Positions 19,560 to 28,962 are shown, counted from the first letter of the stretch. The stretch is 64,000 nt of DNA from an uncultured Gammaproteobacteria bacterium (GCA_964573135.1 CAZNIO010000007.1:117-64116); one strand, 5' to 3'. Program-made: numbers and translations. The notes: a model not told the origin generated them from the letters alone.

Positions 19560-19679
19560 TGTAACTTATATGTTACTATATGTCAAATTTTTTAAAACAC
19601 CTGGTAAAAAGGGGTCAGGAGCCTTTTTCGAGTTTTAAAACAAACCATGACAAGATATTACTCTAAGCCTTTTGCCACA

Positions 19680-20459
19680 TCACGACCTCTCAATAATAAA
19701 CCCAGCAATCAAATCAATCATCTTCTCAAATTCTTCTGGTTTGGAATATTTATGTCCAGCACCTTTAATAATCTCTAGCTGACAATCCGGAATAATATTG
19801 GCAATTTTTTGGCTTTGTCCAATAGGTACATCTTCATTTTTGTCGCCATGTACTATTATAGTTGGAATTTTGATTTTCTTACCTGCCTCATACCCATCGT
19901 TATTATCACAATCTTCAAAATATGTATAATTCAGTTTTAATTTCCGACCATCACTTTTGATATAGTCTATGTAGCCAACCTTTTTCCATTTTTTTAGTTT
20001 TTCTGCCCCTCCAACAGGTAAACCACATTCTTTATAATTAGAAACTGGAGAGATAAGACCAAGCGTATACAGGTTATCTGTCTTTGAAGCTGTCATAATA
20101 CTAGCCAGGCCTCCAAAGCTTGAGCCAATCAAGCCAATTTTTGAATATTTAAGACTTTTCAAGTATTCAATCGCACTCAAAACATCATCAACTGCTTTTG
20201 ATATTGTCATATCCTCAAATTCACCACCGCTTTCCCCACGTCCAAAAAAATCAAATCTAAGGGTTGATATATTCTTTTCATTGAAAAGTTGTTCAAGTCG
20301 TACAAACTTTTTGCCATCCTTGCTCGTAGCAAATCCGTGACACAAAATAATCACAGGCCTGTTTGCATCACCCGTTGGATTTGATAGTATGCCACAAACC
20401 CGTACCCCACTTGAACTTTTAAAATATATTTTTTCTTGCATAATTTTGGTATTAACCAT
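19680..20459 (-). CDS. Alpha/beta-fold hydrolase (dienelactone-hydrolase / S9-like).
   Basis: Nucleophile elbow GSSFGG, plus downstream D and H residues (GDKNEDV..., GAGHKY). Confidence 0.7.
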   Translation of the reverse strand: MVNTKIMQEKIYFKSSSGVRVCGILSNPTGDANRPVIILCHGFATSKDGKKFVRLEQLFNEKNISTLRFDFFGRGESGGEFEDMTISKAVDDVLSAIEYLKSLKYSKIGLIGSSFGGLASIMTASKTDNLYTLGLISPVSNYKECGLPVGGAEKLKKWKKVGYIDYIKSDGRKLKLNYTYFEDCDNNDGYEAGKKIKIPTIIVHGDKNEDVPIGQSQKIANIIPDCQLEIIKGAGHKYSKPEEFEKMIDLIAGFIIERS

Positions 20460-20489
20460 TTGATTGGCTTGACCCTGTTGGTAATTATA

Positions 20490-21809
20490 TTATTTATCAG
20501 CCCCCATCATCGCTTTGCACGTCTTTGTATAAAGGTCACGGAAAATATTATCGGGATCGGTTTTACTTTTCACTTTGTCGTAATTTCCTTTATTCCAATT
20601 TTTCCAAAAATCAGATTCAGAGTAATAGTTATTTGAAATAAGTGTTTTGATTCCCCCGATCTCCATTAATTTATCTTCTATTATCTTATAATAATATCTC
20701 TTATCTTTTTTCCCTCGCATTCCATAAATTGCCAGATCCACAAAAAGTTTGTCTTTTGTTTTGTCCGATAGCTCAGTAGCTATCCACTCATATCTTCGTA
20801 CCACCTTGTATGGTACGCACCACAAAGGAAAATGATTTACTTCTTTTTTATACCATTCCATAAAATTACTAACTTTTGAAAATGGTATAAAAACATCAAG
20901 CGTAATGGGGATTTTTTTATCAGGGATAAATCGGCGAAATTTTTCAACCAATTTTAAAGTTCTCGTAGAGTTTATGAATTTGCCCACAAAAAGTCTGGCT
21001 AGAAATGATTTGGGATTTACATTAGTTACGCCATTGTCATATCTAAAGAAGTAATCAGGCGTTTTCAGATAATCTTCTTTTCGTTTGGCCGTACTCATAT
21101 AGTAAATTCTTGTCCAACTATAGTTATGTGTGTACGGTGCCTTATCAACAAAATCAGCTACGCTGAGTACGCACTCTGTTGGCGAGTGGATAATCCCATC
21201 CATAAAGTCAACGTCTTTACTCTCGTAGTGTCTCCATATAGCTGACTTATAGTCTTCAATATTACTATATTTTTCATACGTCACTTTGACAAATGACTTG
21301 GCTGGTATTAGTTTAAATTTTAGCTTTGAAATAATACCAAGTGTCCCGAAAGTACCATGAGCCATCTGAAAAACTAGACTATTTTCATTGTCAGGAGTGC
21401 AAACTAGTACCTCACCTTTTGCTGTGATTATTTCATACTCAAGACAAGTGTCATGAAAACCCCCATATTTGTATGACATTGATTCTATTGAGCATCCGGC
21501 CACAGCTCCGCCAATCGTGATGGTTTTTAATTCAGGTACAATTATTGGCACCAAGCCGTGTTCCATCGTCGCAGTTACCAAATCAACAAAAGTGATGCCG
21601 GGCTCTGCAGTACAAATTTGTTTTTCTTTATCAATATGGAGAACCTCGTTCAAATCGCTTAGGTCAATTTTCTCATCCAAATATGTCTTATTGCCAGGTT
21701 TTGGAACTTGGTGAGAAACGGATTTTTTCTTAAAGGATATTGGTGTTGTACTCTTTTTCTCTTTTAATTGTTTTATAATCCTATTTATCTTTTGTTGATG
21801 AGTCGGCAT
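20490..21809 (-). CDS. FAD-linked oxidase (PCMH-type FAD-binding domain).
   Basis: FAD-binding segment ITIGGAVAGCSIESMSYKYGGFHD; the domain order matches FAD-binding_4 oxidoreductases. Confidence 0.6.
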   Translation of the reverse strand: MPTHQQKINRIIKQLKEKKSTTPISFKKKSVSHQVPKPGNKTYLDEKIDLSDLNEVLHIDKEKQICTAEPGITFVDLVTATMEHGLVPIIVPELKTITIGGAVAGCSIESMSYKYGGFHDTCLEYEIITAKGEVLVCTPDNENSLVFQMAHGTFGTLGIISKLKFKLIPAKSFVKVTYEKYSNIEDYKSAIWRHYESKDVDFMDGIIHSPTECVLSVADFVDKAPYTHNYSWTRIYYMSTAKRKEDYLKTPDYFFRYDNGVTNVNPKSFLARLFVGKFINSTRTLKLVEKFRRFIPDKKIPITLDVFIPFSKVSNFMEWYKKEVNHFPLWCVPYKVVRRYEWIATELSDKTKDKLFVDLAIYGMRGKKDKRYYYKIIEDKLMEIGGIKTLISNNYYSESDFWKNWNKGNYDKVKSKTDPDNIFRDLYTKTCKAMMGADK

Positions 21810-21815
21810 GTTTTT

Positions 21816-22349
21816 TTATATGTGTTGTAACGGATAAATCCTATATTCCAATAAATGTAGTTTTCTACCACTCATATTAGTTTGGTCATATTCCCTGGCT
21901 ATTTTACCACCTAAAAATTCTGGAATTCTTCTACTTGCATGATTTTTTTCAACAACTGGATAAAGTATATATTGATAACCTATATTCTCATCTGCCCATT
22001 CTTTTAGTGCAATCATTGTCTCTTTGCCAAAACCATGGCCATGTGCAGATTTTTTTATCCAAATACCCAGCTCAGGAGTCTTTGTATTAATCTTGTGTAG
22101 ACCACCGCATCCCAAAAACTCCTTATTCTTTTTATCAAGAACAACAATTTGTAGATTGTTGCCCTTTTTATTGCCTGCCATCGATGTTTTAATAAACTTT
22201 ATGGTTTCTTCTATTTTTTTAGCCGGCTTAGGGAACATATAGGTGGTGATGTCAGCTGTGAACTCCTCAAAAATATCATCTTTCCAATTCATGGTGATGC
22301 CCTTTAAATAAAGATTTTTTGTTTCAATTGTTATATTTAATGTATTCAC
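21816..22349 (-). CDS. GNAT-family N-acetyltransferase.
   Basis: Acetyl-CoA-binding motif GIWIKKSAHGHGFGKE (Q/RxxGxG/A). Confidence 0.7.
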   Translation of the reverse strand: MNTLNITIETKNLYLKGITMNWKDDIFEEFTADITTYMFPKPAKKIEETIKFIKTSMAGNKKGNNLQIVVLDKKNKEFLGCGGLHKINTKTPELGIWIKKSAHGHGFGKETMIALKEWADENIGYQYILYPVVEKNHASRRIPEFLGGKIAREYDQTNMSGRKLHLLEYRIYPLQHI

Positions 22350-22369
22350 TTTGTCTAATGTTTCATTTT

Positions 22370-23071
22370 TTAAAATTCAACTTCTTTATTTTCAGTATTT
22401 AAAATATATGTTGAAATTTTTCCACTACAAAATTTTTCAACTAACTGCCCTAATTCCTCAACTATCGATTGTATCTCTTTTTCGGAAGCAGGTGAAAGAC
22501 CTTCTACTACGAGTGCTATATTTTTAGTTTTCTCTGTCATTTTAGATTTATCGCATTCACGCCAGTTCCATCTACGACACAAAATTTCTTTATCATCGGC
22601 ATACACGACTTCATTTTTTTTAGGGTGATCAACTTCATTCGTATTAAGATGAACAAAGGATTCATCTCCTTCGGCAAAACGTAAGACAATGTCTCCATCA
22701 ATCTTGTCTATGTCATCACCACCCACAGGCATCATATGCTTTAATGAAATATAGTTATATAGATCAACCACTTTATTAATATGTCGCAGTTGAACACCTT
22801 CAAGAATCATGCGATACAAATTTTCAACAGAGCATGTATACTTTTTAGGCTTAGCACCAAATGCTCTATATGCTTCTCGCCATGCGTGAATTTTGGGCAC
22901 TTCTTTAAGTGTCTCAAGACTATATCCATCCTTTATTATATTTGACTGTTCTGCCAACATAGCAAGAATATCAGAATTTTCGTCTGTATTATCTATTCCT
23001 TTTGCAATAATAACCCCAATATTGAGGGATGAATATTGTTCGAATATTTTATTGTCTATTTTGAATTTCAT
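22370..23071 (-). CDS. B3/4 domain protein (tRNA-binding-like).
   Basis: N-terminal MKFKIDNKIFEQYSSLNIGVIIAKGIDN resembles the bacterial B3/4-domain family of ~230 aa. Confidence 0.5.
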   Translation of the reverse strand: MKFKIDNKIFEQYSSLNIGVIIAKGIDNTDENSDILAMLAEQSNIIKDGYSLETLKEVPKIHAWREAYRAFGAKPKKYTCSVENLYRMILEGVQLRHINKVVDLYNYISLKHMMPVGGDDIDKIDGDIVLRFAEGDESFVHLNTNEVDHPKKNEVVYADDKEILCRRWNWRECDKSKMTEKTKNIALVVEGLSPASEKEIQSIVEELGQLVEKFCSGKISTYILNTENKEVEF

Positions 23072-23199
23072 AAGTATCTGTATAAAATAAATTTACAATA
23101 AGGTAAAAAGGGGCCAGGAGCCTTTTAAATCCAAAAGCTACAAAGCTTTATAATTCTACGGCACTACGGCCTTACTGCTTTACATCTTGTTAAAATTTA

Positions 23200-23262
23200 A
23201 CCTTAACATTCTCCTTCTCTTTTTCATCAGCTTCAAAAAATTCATATTTATTGAAGTTTAGT
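23200..23262 (-). pseudogene. Remnant of a lemA 3' end (last ~21 codons plus stop), a direct repeat of 24950-25012.
   Basis: The reverse strand reads ...NFNKYEFFEADEKEKENVKVKF*, whereas intact LemA ends ...KFKKYEFFEADEKEKENVEVKF*; about 58/63 nt are identical. Confidence 0.8.
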
Positions 23263-23267
23263 GGGAC

Positions 23268-24383
23268 TTAAGGCAAATATAAATCCTTACTCATAAAACA
23301 AACCTTGGGTTGTTTTTTTTCAAAATCCCAGGAGTGGAAAGAATCACCCATGCACTCTTGCCAATATTCACACTTATCGCACTTATCATATTTAGTCTTA
23401 TTTTCGTCTCTAAATATTCCAAATTTTTTATTCCACACTTCTGAAAAAGAATCCTTTTTAATATTTCCCTGAATTAGTTCTTTTTGTCTGGGAACGTTGG
23501 GACATACGAAAATATCTCCATTATGTAAAATACTACCGATATTTATCCCAGTGCCACAATAGAAAAAATGGCTTCTTACCTCATCTTCAAATTCATCTCC
23601 TAAAAAATGGGCACAACCATAAGTAACATTTATTTTTGCCTTCTTTTTTCTTTTTTCTTTGATAAATCTGAGTAATTTTGTTAGCTGTTCTTTACTTAGT
23701 AAAATATCCTGACTATCAATGGACCTGCCTATTGGCTCAACACTTAAAAGCCTCCAATCATTAATGCCAAGTTTCATAAAACTCTCATACATTTCATCAA
23801 GTGTATTGATATTTTTTTTGTGCACAGTTGTTGTAATTCGGAGTGGCCTTAAAAAATTTTCTTTAGTAAATAGTTCCACCGCATTTATAGCTCTCTTATA
23901 AGACCCTTGCATATTACGAAATTCATCATGAATCTCTTCCAATCCGTCAATACTTATATCAATTGTTGCCATACCTGCTTTTTTTGCTTTTTTAACAACT
24001 TCATCTGTAACTAGATAACCATTTGTCACCATACCCCAGCTAAAGCCAAGCGAAGAAACATATTCCATAACTTCAAAAAGGTCTTTTCGAAGTAAAGGCT
24101 CGCCCCCGGTTATAGCCACTGTTATTTTTTTAGCGTTAAAATTTTTTGCAACATCTCTAAAGGCATTTTTAATATCTTGCGTGCTAACGGCCTCTTCAAA
24201 AATATTCTCTCCAGCACGACTTCCGCAGTGTTTGCATTTAAAATTGCAATTTAAAGTACACTCCCAAAAAAGATATGTGAGTTCATGTTTCTCTCGAAGG
24301 TATTGTCGATGAGTCAGCCATAGCCTCTGCCGACCCAGTTTAAAAATCTTTTTGAGCATTTTTTTTCTTTTTACGTTTAACAA
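23268..24383 (-). CDS. Radical SAM enzyme with a C-terminal SPASM/twitch-like Cys-rich domain, a candidate peptide-modifying maturase. The probable start is Met at 24359.
   Basis: CxxxCxxC cluster in ECTLNCNFKCKHCGS; C-terminal auxiliary-cluster cysteines CGTGINIG...CPN...CDKCEYWQEC. Confidence 0.8.
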   Translation of the reverse strand: MLNVKRKKMLKKIFKLGRQRLWLTHRQYLREKHELTYLFWECTLNCNFKCKHCGSRAGENIFEEAVSTQDIKNAFRDVAKNFNAKKITVAITGGEPLLRKDLFEVMEYVSSLGFSWGMVTNGYLVTDEVVKKAKKAGMATIDISIDGLEEIHDEFRNMQGSYKRAINAVELFTKENFLRPLRITTTVHKKNINTLDEMYESFMKLGINDWRLLSVEPIGRSIDSQDILLSKEQLTKLLRFIKEKRKKKAKINVTYGCAHFLGDEFEDEVRSHFFYCGTGINIGSILHNGDIFVCPNVPRQKELIQGNIKKDSFSEVWNKKFGIFRDENKTKYDKCDKCEYWQECMGDSFHSWDFEKKQPKVCFMSKDLYLP

Positions 24384-24633
24384 CTAGCACAACGCCTATT
24401 ATTATTGCAGTAACAGCCACACCCGCCATAAAGATTGGTGAAAGGACCACAGTCAATATTTTCTCCCATAAGGTTGGTTCTATATAAGGGCCACTTACGC
24501 CATACATTTCTATCCCATTAGGTGGTGCAACGCCATACATTACCTGCATCTGGGCAGAAGCACCAGTGCGCTTAAAAGCAAAAGTTAGAATTGCTCCTAG
24601 AAAATATATAATTTTTTTCTTTATTTCCTTCAT
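24340..24633 (-). CDS. Small bitopic membrane protein (signal/TM, ~45-aa Gly/Tyr/Pro-rich ectodomain, TM, KKKK tail); paralog A. It is a candidate substrate of the adjacent radical SAM enzyme. Trimmed to Met at 24633.
   Basis: MKEIKKKIIYFLGAILTFAFKRTGASAQMQVMYGVAPPNGIEMYGVSGPYIEPTLWEKILTVVLSPIFMAGVAVTAIIIGVVLVVKRKKKK. Confidence 0.6.
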   Translation of the reverse strand: MKEIKKKIIYFLGAILTFAFKRTGASAQMQVMYGVAPPNGIEMYGVSGPYIEPTLWEKILTVVLSPIFMAGVAVTAIIIGVVLVVKRKKKKNAQKDF

Positions 24634-24640
24634 ATTTTTT

Positions 24641-24928
24641 CTAAATTTGATTATTATCTTTCTTCTTTTTCCTGTGCCTAATAACAAGCACTACGCCAAG
24701 TATTACTGCAACCACAGCCACGCTCACCATAAATACTGGTGAGAGAACCACTAATAATATTTTTACCCACAAAGGCTGTTCGATGGCAGGGCCTACGCCA
24801 TACGCGGCTCTTGCCGGTGAGTCATTGCCATAATCAATTTGCATTTGAGCAAAAACGCCAGCGCTTTTAAGCGCAAATACCAAAAAGCCACCTAGGAGAT
24901 ATTTAATTTTTTTCTTTATTTTCCCCAT
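24641..24928 (-). CDS. Small bitopic membrane protein, paralog B of 24340-24633 (~55% identical, same layout).
   Basis: MGKIKKKIKYLLGGFLVFALKSAGVFAQMQIDYGNDSPARAAYGVGPAIEQPLWVKILLVVLSPVFMVSVAVVAVILGVVLVIRHRKKKK. Confidence 0.6.
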   Translation of the reverse strand: MGKIKKKIKYLLGGFLVFALKSAGVFAQMQIDYGNDSPARAAYGVGPAIEQPLWVKILLVVLSPVFMVSVAVVAVILGVVLVIRHRKKKKDNNQI

Positions 24929-24949
24929 ATTTTTTTAAAAAGTTGACAA

Positions 24950-25504
24950 TTAAAATTTAACCTCAACATTCTCCTTCTCTTTCTCATCAGCTTCAAAAAA
25001 TTCATATTTCTTAAACTTCAACATACCTGCTGCCAGATTGGTTGGGAACACCTGAATTTTTGTATTAAAGTCTCTGACTTGTCCGTTATAGAATCTTCTT
25101 GATGCCTGTATCTTATTCTCCGTATCAGTTAATTCATCTTGTAATTTGGAGAAATTGTCTGACGCTTTTAGATCAGGATAGTTTTCAGCCACTGCAAATA
25201 GAGACTTTAAGGTATCTGACAGCATGTTTTCCGCCTTGCCTTTGGCTTCTGCCCCTTGGGCATTCATGGCTTCAGATCTTGCTTTGGTTACGTTTTCAAA
25301 CAGCTCTTTTTCATGTTTAGCATAACCCTTGACCGTCTCCATCAGGTTGGGGATAAGGTCGTACCGTCTTTTCAATTGCACATCAATATCAGACCAGGCT
25401 TCATCTACTCTGTTCCTTGATTTGATCAGTCCATTATACACACCTATCATCCAGGCGATAGCAATCACTATTATACCCAGAATGATATATATAAATATAT
25501 TCAT
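24950..25504 (-). CDS. lemA: LemA-family protein.
   Basis: N-terminal TM helix followed by the LemA signature NGLIKSRNRVDEAWSDIDVQLKRRYDLIPNLMETVKGYAKHE. Confidence 0.85.
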   Translation of the reverse strand: MNIFIYIILGIIVIAIAWMIGVYNGLIKSRNRVDEAWSDIDVQLKRRYDLIPNLMETVKGYAKHEKELFENVTKARSEAMNAQGAEAKGKAENMLSDTLKSLFAVAENYPDLKASDNFSKLQDELTDTENKIQASRRFYNGQVRDFNTKIQVFPTNLAAGMLKFKKYEFFEADEKEKENVEVKF

Positions 25505-25726
25505 ATATTTCCTCTTTTTAGTTAATAAAAGCTATCTAAACTATATCTTTTTCTTGCCTCACCGTCAAAAAACCTGTGTTAATAACTATTACATCCATTC
25601 TAATGATTTGTGGTATAATAAATGTAATGAAAGATTTTGGGGTTTTCCCTTATCTTGTGATATAATATAATTATTAACACGAAATTCTAGCACTCTTTTG
25701 TGCAGTCTGTGCTATATAAATAAACT

Positions 25727-26917
25727 ATGAGCCTATTACCCAGTAAAAAAAGTTATCTTGGTATTGATTTGGGGACTTCCGCTATTAAAATAGTGGAACT
25801 ACAGAATAAAAATGGTCGGGCTGTACTACTTACCTATGGTTATGTTGAGCAACCAACAGACATTGTCCGCTCATCATCCTCTGAGATGGAAGAAAGAATT
25901 GTCGAGATCGTTAAAAGCATCTGCCAAAAAAGTCGTACCACCTCAAAAAAAGTAATTGCTGCCTTACCCAGCTTTTCGGTTTTTACGTCAATTATCAGCC
26001 TGCCTGCCATGAAAAAGAAAGACCTCCATCAGGCTATCAAATGGGAAGCCAAAAAATTTATACCCCTACCCATTGAAGATATGGTACTTGATTGGAAAAT
26101 TGTACCGCCAGAGGGGAGTCAACATACGGCTCAAACTCCCAAAGCAGATCACAAATCCGAGAAAAAGGACGAGTCCAAAAAAGAGGGGTCAGACAAGGAA
26201 GAAGATTCATCCTCTAATCCACTTTCTAAACTTTTTAAAAAAGACCATTCAGATAAGGAAACCAAATTAAAAAAGGAAGATCAAAATCTTAAAATACTTT
26301 TAACCGCTGCTCCTAAAACCTTAGTTGAAAGATATCTGCGCATTTTTAAATCAGCTGGGTTGGAGATTGTGAGCTTGGAAACTGAGTCCTTTGCCCTTGA
26401 GCGCTCTTTGCAAGGCGGTGACCCCGCTCCAGTTATGATCATCGATATCGGTGCTGTCTCCTCAGATATTGTTGTTATCAATAACGGTATTCCCATTCTT
26501 AACAGAAGTATTGATGTCGGTGGTGTAACTATCACCAAAGCTATCATGTCTAGCTTAAATGTTGATATTACTCGAGCAGAGCAGTTTAAGCGTGACATTG
26601 GTTTTTCTGATTTAGGTGAAGATAATTTGCCAAATGTCATTAAAACATCCATCAGCCCAATTATTAATGAAATCAAATATTGCTTAGACATCTATTTATC
26701 TCAAGCTGGTACCAATAATATTGAAAAAATTATTCTAACCGGTGGTAGCTCATGGTTGCCCGATCTAGCTAAGCATTTAAGTAAAATTTTAGACGTTAAG
26801 GTTATTATAGGAGACCCATGGGATAGAGTAGTTTATCCCCTTGAATTAAAACCCGTTTTAAAAGAGCTAGGACCGCGCTTCTCTGTAGCCGTTGGTCTAG
26901 CTATGCGGGAAATGTAA
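25727..26917 (+). CDS. pilM: Type IV pilus assembly protein PilM (actin-like ATPase fold) with a ~55-aa K/E/D/S-rich low-complexity insertion.
   Basis: YLGIDLGTSAIKIVELQ phosphate-1 motif; first gene of a pilMNO order; insertion KADHKSEKKDESKKEGSDKEEDSSS. Confidence 0.85.
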   Translation: MSLLPSKKSYLGIDLGTSAIKIVELQNKNGRAVLLTYGYVEQPTDIVRSSSSEMEERIVEIVKSICQKSRTTSKKVIAALPSFSVFTSIISLPAMKKKDLHQAIKWEAKKFIPLPIEDMVLDWKIVPPEGSQHTAQTPKADHKSEKKDESKKEGSDKEEDSSSNPLSKLFKKDHSDKETKLKKEDQNLKILLTAAPKTLVERYLRIFKSAGLEIVSLETESFALERSLQGGDPAPVMIIDIGAVSSDIVVINNGIPILNRSIDVGGVTITKAIMSSLNVDITRAEQFKRDIGFSDLGEDNLPNVIKTSISPIINEIKYCLDIYLSQAGTNNIEKIILTGGSSWLPDLAKHLSKILDVKVIIGDPWDRVVYPLELKPVLKELGPRFSVAVGLAMREM

Positions 26918-26918
26918 T

Positions 26919-28028
26919 ATGTTCGATAATATAGACAAAAAAGCCAAAGATATTGAGGAAGAAAGTGGAATTAATCTTCTGCCCAGTGATATGCGACCCA
27001 AAAAGGAGAAGGTTAGACACGAGCACCTGCCCAGCAAAGATGCTGCTGATTTTCATATTCCTGAAAAAAAAATAAAGCCGCTCACACCACACATAAAACC
27101 TCAGCCCAAAAAAGAAAAAAAACCTAAAGTTAAAAAACCTGGTTTTTGGAGTAAGTTTTTAGCCAAGCGTAAGCGCAAGAAAGCCGAAAAGAAATTTAAA
27201 AAGATAATGGCCCAAAAGAAAATTCAAGCAATCAACAAGAAGAGAAAAAAGAAGAAACCAGCCGTTGTTCCAGGTAATATTGCCCCGCCCCAACCTAAGC
27301 CCCCTGCCGCTCCTCATTTTCAGCACAAGCTGTTAGATCCCCCAGTTAAGCAGGATTTTGAAAAACCCATTATTTCCAAACCAGCTGATGACTATAGTCA
27401 GATAAAATTAAGTCATGCCAAGCCTCTGCCTCAGGAAGATGATGAGCTGGATGTTAATCTACTGCCCCCAGAAAAACAGCTTCCTTCAGGCAAAAAAATG
27501 GCTACCCGCTACGCGCTAGCCGCTCTAATCGCTGTAGCTATAGTCGCCTTGCCATATATTTTTTTCCAGGCCAAAAAAGCAGGCCTTATTAAACAGGCCA
27601 ATGATTTAAAAATTCAGATAGAATCTGTTGAAAAAGAAATGCTGAAAACGAGTGACCTCATTAAAAAATTTGGGCCATTAGTTGATCGCCTCGATACCCT
27701 CGGCGTTTTACTCGACAACCACATCTATTGGAGTCGTCTCTTCCCCATTTTAGAAAAACACACAGCTCAAGGAGTATACTTCACCGATCTTTCAATCAGT
27801 CCCCAAACACAAATTATTTTAACTGGCAAAGCGCGCAATATACGTTCATTGGCCGAAGAACTTGTTGTTCTCAAAAATGGTGATGCCTTTACCGACGTCA
27901 CTTTGTCCTCTCTGCGCCTGCCAGAAATCGGAAAAGAGGAAGAGGGTAAAATTCCTACCGTAGATTTTACTATTTCTTTTACACTTGACAGCAAAATTAT
28001 TAATTTGTTACAGCTAGAAGAGGAATAA
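26919..28028 (+). CDS. pilN: PilN-like inner-membrane pilus assembly protein with a ~190-aa Lys/Pro-rich N-terminal extension.
   Basis: Single TM helix (YALAALIAVAIVALPYIFF) followed by a coiled-coil periplasmic domain; sits between pilM and pilO; basic KKPK/KRKKK repeats at the N-terminus. Confidence 0.65.
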   Translation: MFDNIDKKAKDIEEESGINLLPSDMRPKKEKVRHEHLPSKDAADFHIPEKKIKPLTPHIKPQPKKEKKPKVKKPGFWSKFLAKRKRKKAEKKFKKIMAQKKIQAINKKRKKKKPAVVPGNIAPPQPKPPAAPHFQHKLLDPPVKQDFEKPIISKPADDYSQIKLSHAKPLPQEDDELDVNLLPPEKQLPSGKKMATRYALAALIAVAIVALPYIFFQAKKAGLIKQANDLKIQIESVEKEMLKTSDLIKKFGPLVDRLDTLGVLLDNHIYWSRLFPILEKHTAQGVYFTDLSISPQTQIILTGKARNIRSLAEELVVLKNGDAFTDVTLSSLRLPEIGKEEEGKIPTVDFTISFTLDSKIINLLQLEEE

Positions 28029-28029
28029 T

Positions 28030-28647
28030 ATGGATCATCAGTCACACAACAAGAATAATAATGATAAGAAGATAGTTTGGTATATTAAGTATTTTAAACC
28101 CCTTATCATCATCATCCCCTTACTCATCTTGGTGGCTGGCTATTTTGTTTTTTTACAGGACGTTTACGGAGAGTATAATCAATCTAAAAGCTATATAGGA
28201 GAAAATCAAAATCAGCTCCAAGCTAAAAAGGCCCAGTTACTTAGTCTTAACAAAGTTCATCAAGGCTTTAAGGATATTAGCCTGGCTGACCGCGCTCGAG
28301 TAGCCGATATTCTACCGGAAACAATTGACGAGTCCAGCCTTTACGTCAATATTGAAAAACTTATAACCGACCCAGGCGTGACTGGTCAACTGGAAGATGT
28401 TTTCGTCAGCCCATATAAAGAAGAGAATACCAGAAAGAAAAAGGATAAATCAGCTCTTGATCTCTTGTCAGCCAAACTGAATAAAGCCAACGTTAGTTTG
28501 TCCGTTTCCAGTATAAACTATATTAATCTTAAAGTTCTTTTTGAACTTATTGAAAAGAATATTAGACTTTTTGATGTTAAGTCATTTTCATATACTGCCA
28601 AAGACGGCGAGTTAGAAATTATGATGATGGCCTATTTTTTAGAATAA
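28030..28647 (+). CDS. pilO: PilO-like pilus assembly protein (TM helix plus coiled coil).
   Basis: TM helix LIIIIPLLILVAGYFVFL followed by a helical periplasmic region; position in the operon. Confidence 0.6.
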   Translation: MDHQSHNKNNNDKKIVWYIKYFKPLIIIIPLLILVAGYFVFLQDVYGEYNQSKSYIGENQNQLQAKKAQLLSLNKVHQGFKDISLADRARVADILPETIDESSLYVNIEKLITDPGVTGQLEDVFVSPYKEENTRKKKDKSALDLLSAKLNKANVSLSVSSINYINLKVLFELIEKNIRLFDVKSFSYTAKDGELEIMMMAYFLE

Positions 28648-28660
28648 AATCAAAACCCTT

Positions 28661-28954
28661 ATGAAAGGCATGTCCAAAAAGAAAATAATAATTTATGTGT
28701 CACTGTTTGCTGTTATTATTGCAGCTAATATTTACTATTACATATCAACCACCAATTCAGGTGAAAAGCAAGATACTACTTCAAGCGTAGCCCTAGAACT
28801 TGCAGTATCTCAAATGTCTGATCAGGGGGAAGCACAAAAAAGGCAGTCTGTTTTAGAGCACGACCTTTTCCGCGAGCTTGAAAAGCTGGGTGAATGGCCG
28901 GTTGTTCCCAACCAGGTTGGTCGCGCTAATCCTTTTCTTCCCTTCTTTGAATAA
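28661..28954 (+). CDS. Small membrane-anchored protein inside the pilus operon (unknown, possibly PilP-like).
   Basis: TM helix IIIYVSLFAVIIAANIYYYI; located between pilO and pilB. Confidence 0.4.
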   Translation: MKGMSKKKIIIYVSLFAVIIAANIYYYISTTNSGEKQDTTSSVALELAVSQMSDQGEAQKRQSVLEHDLFRELEKLGEWPVVPNQVGRANPFLPFFE

Positions 28955-28962
28955 TATATTAT

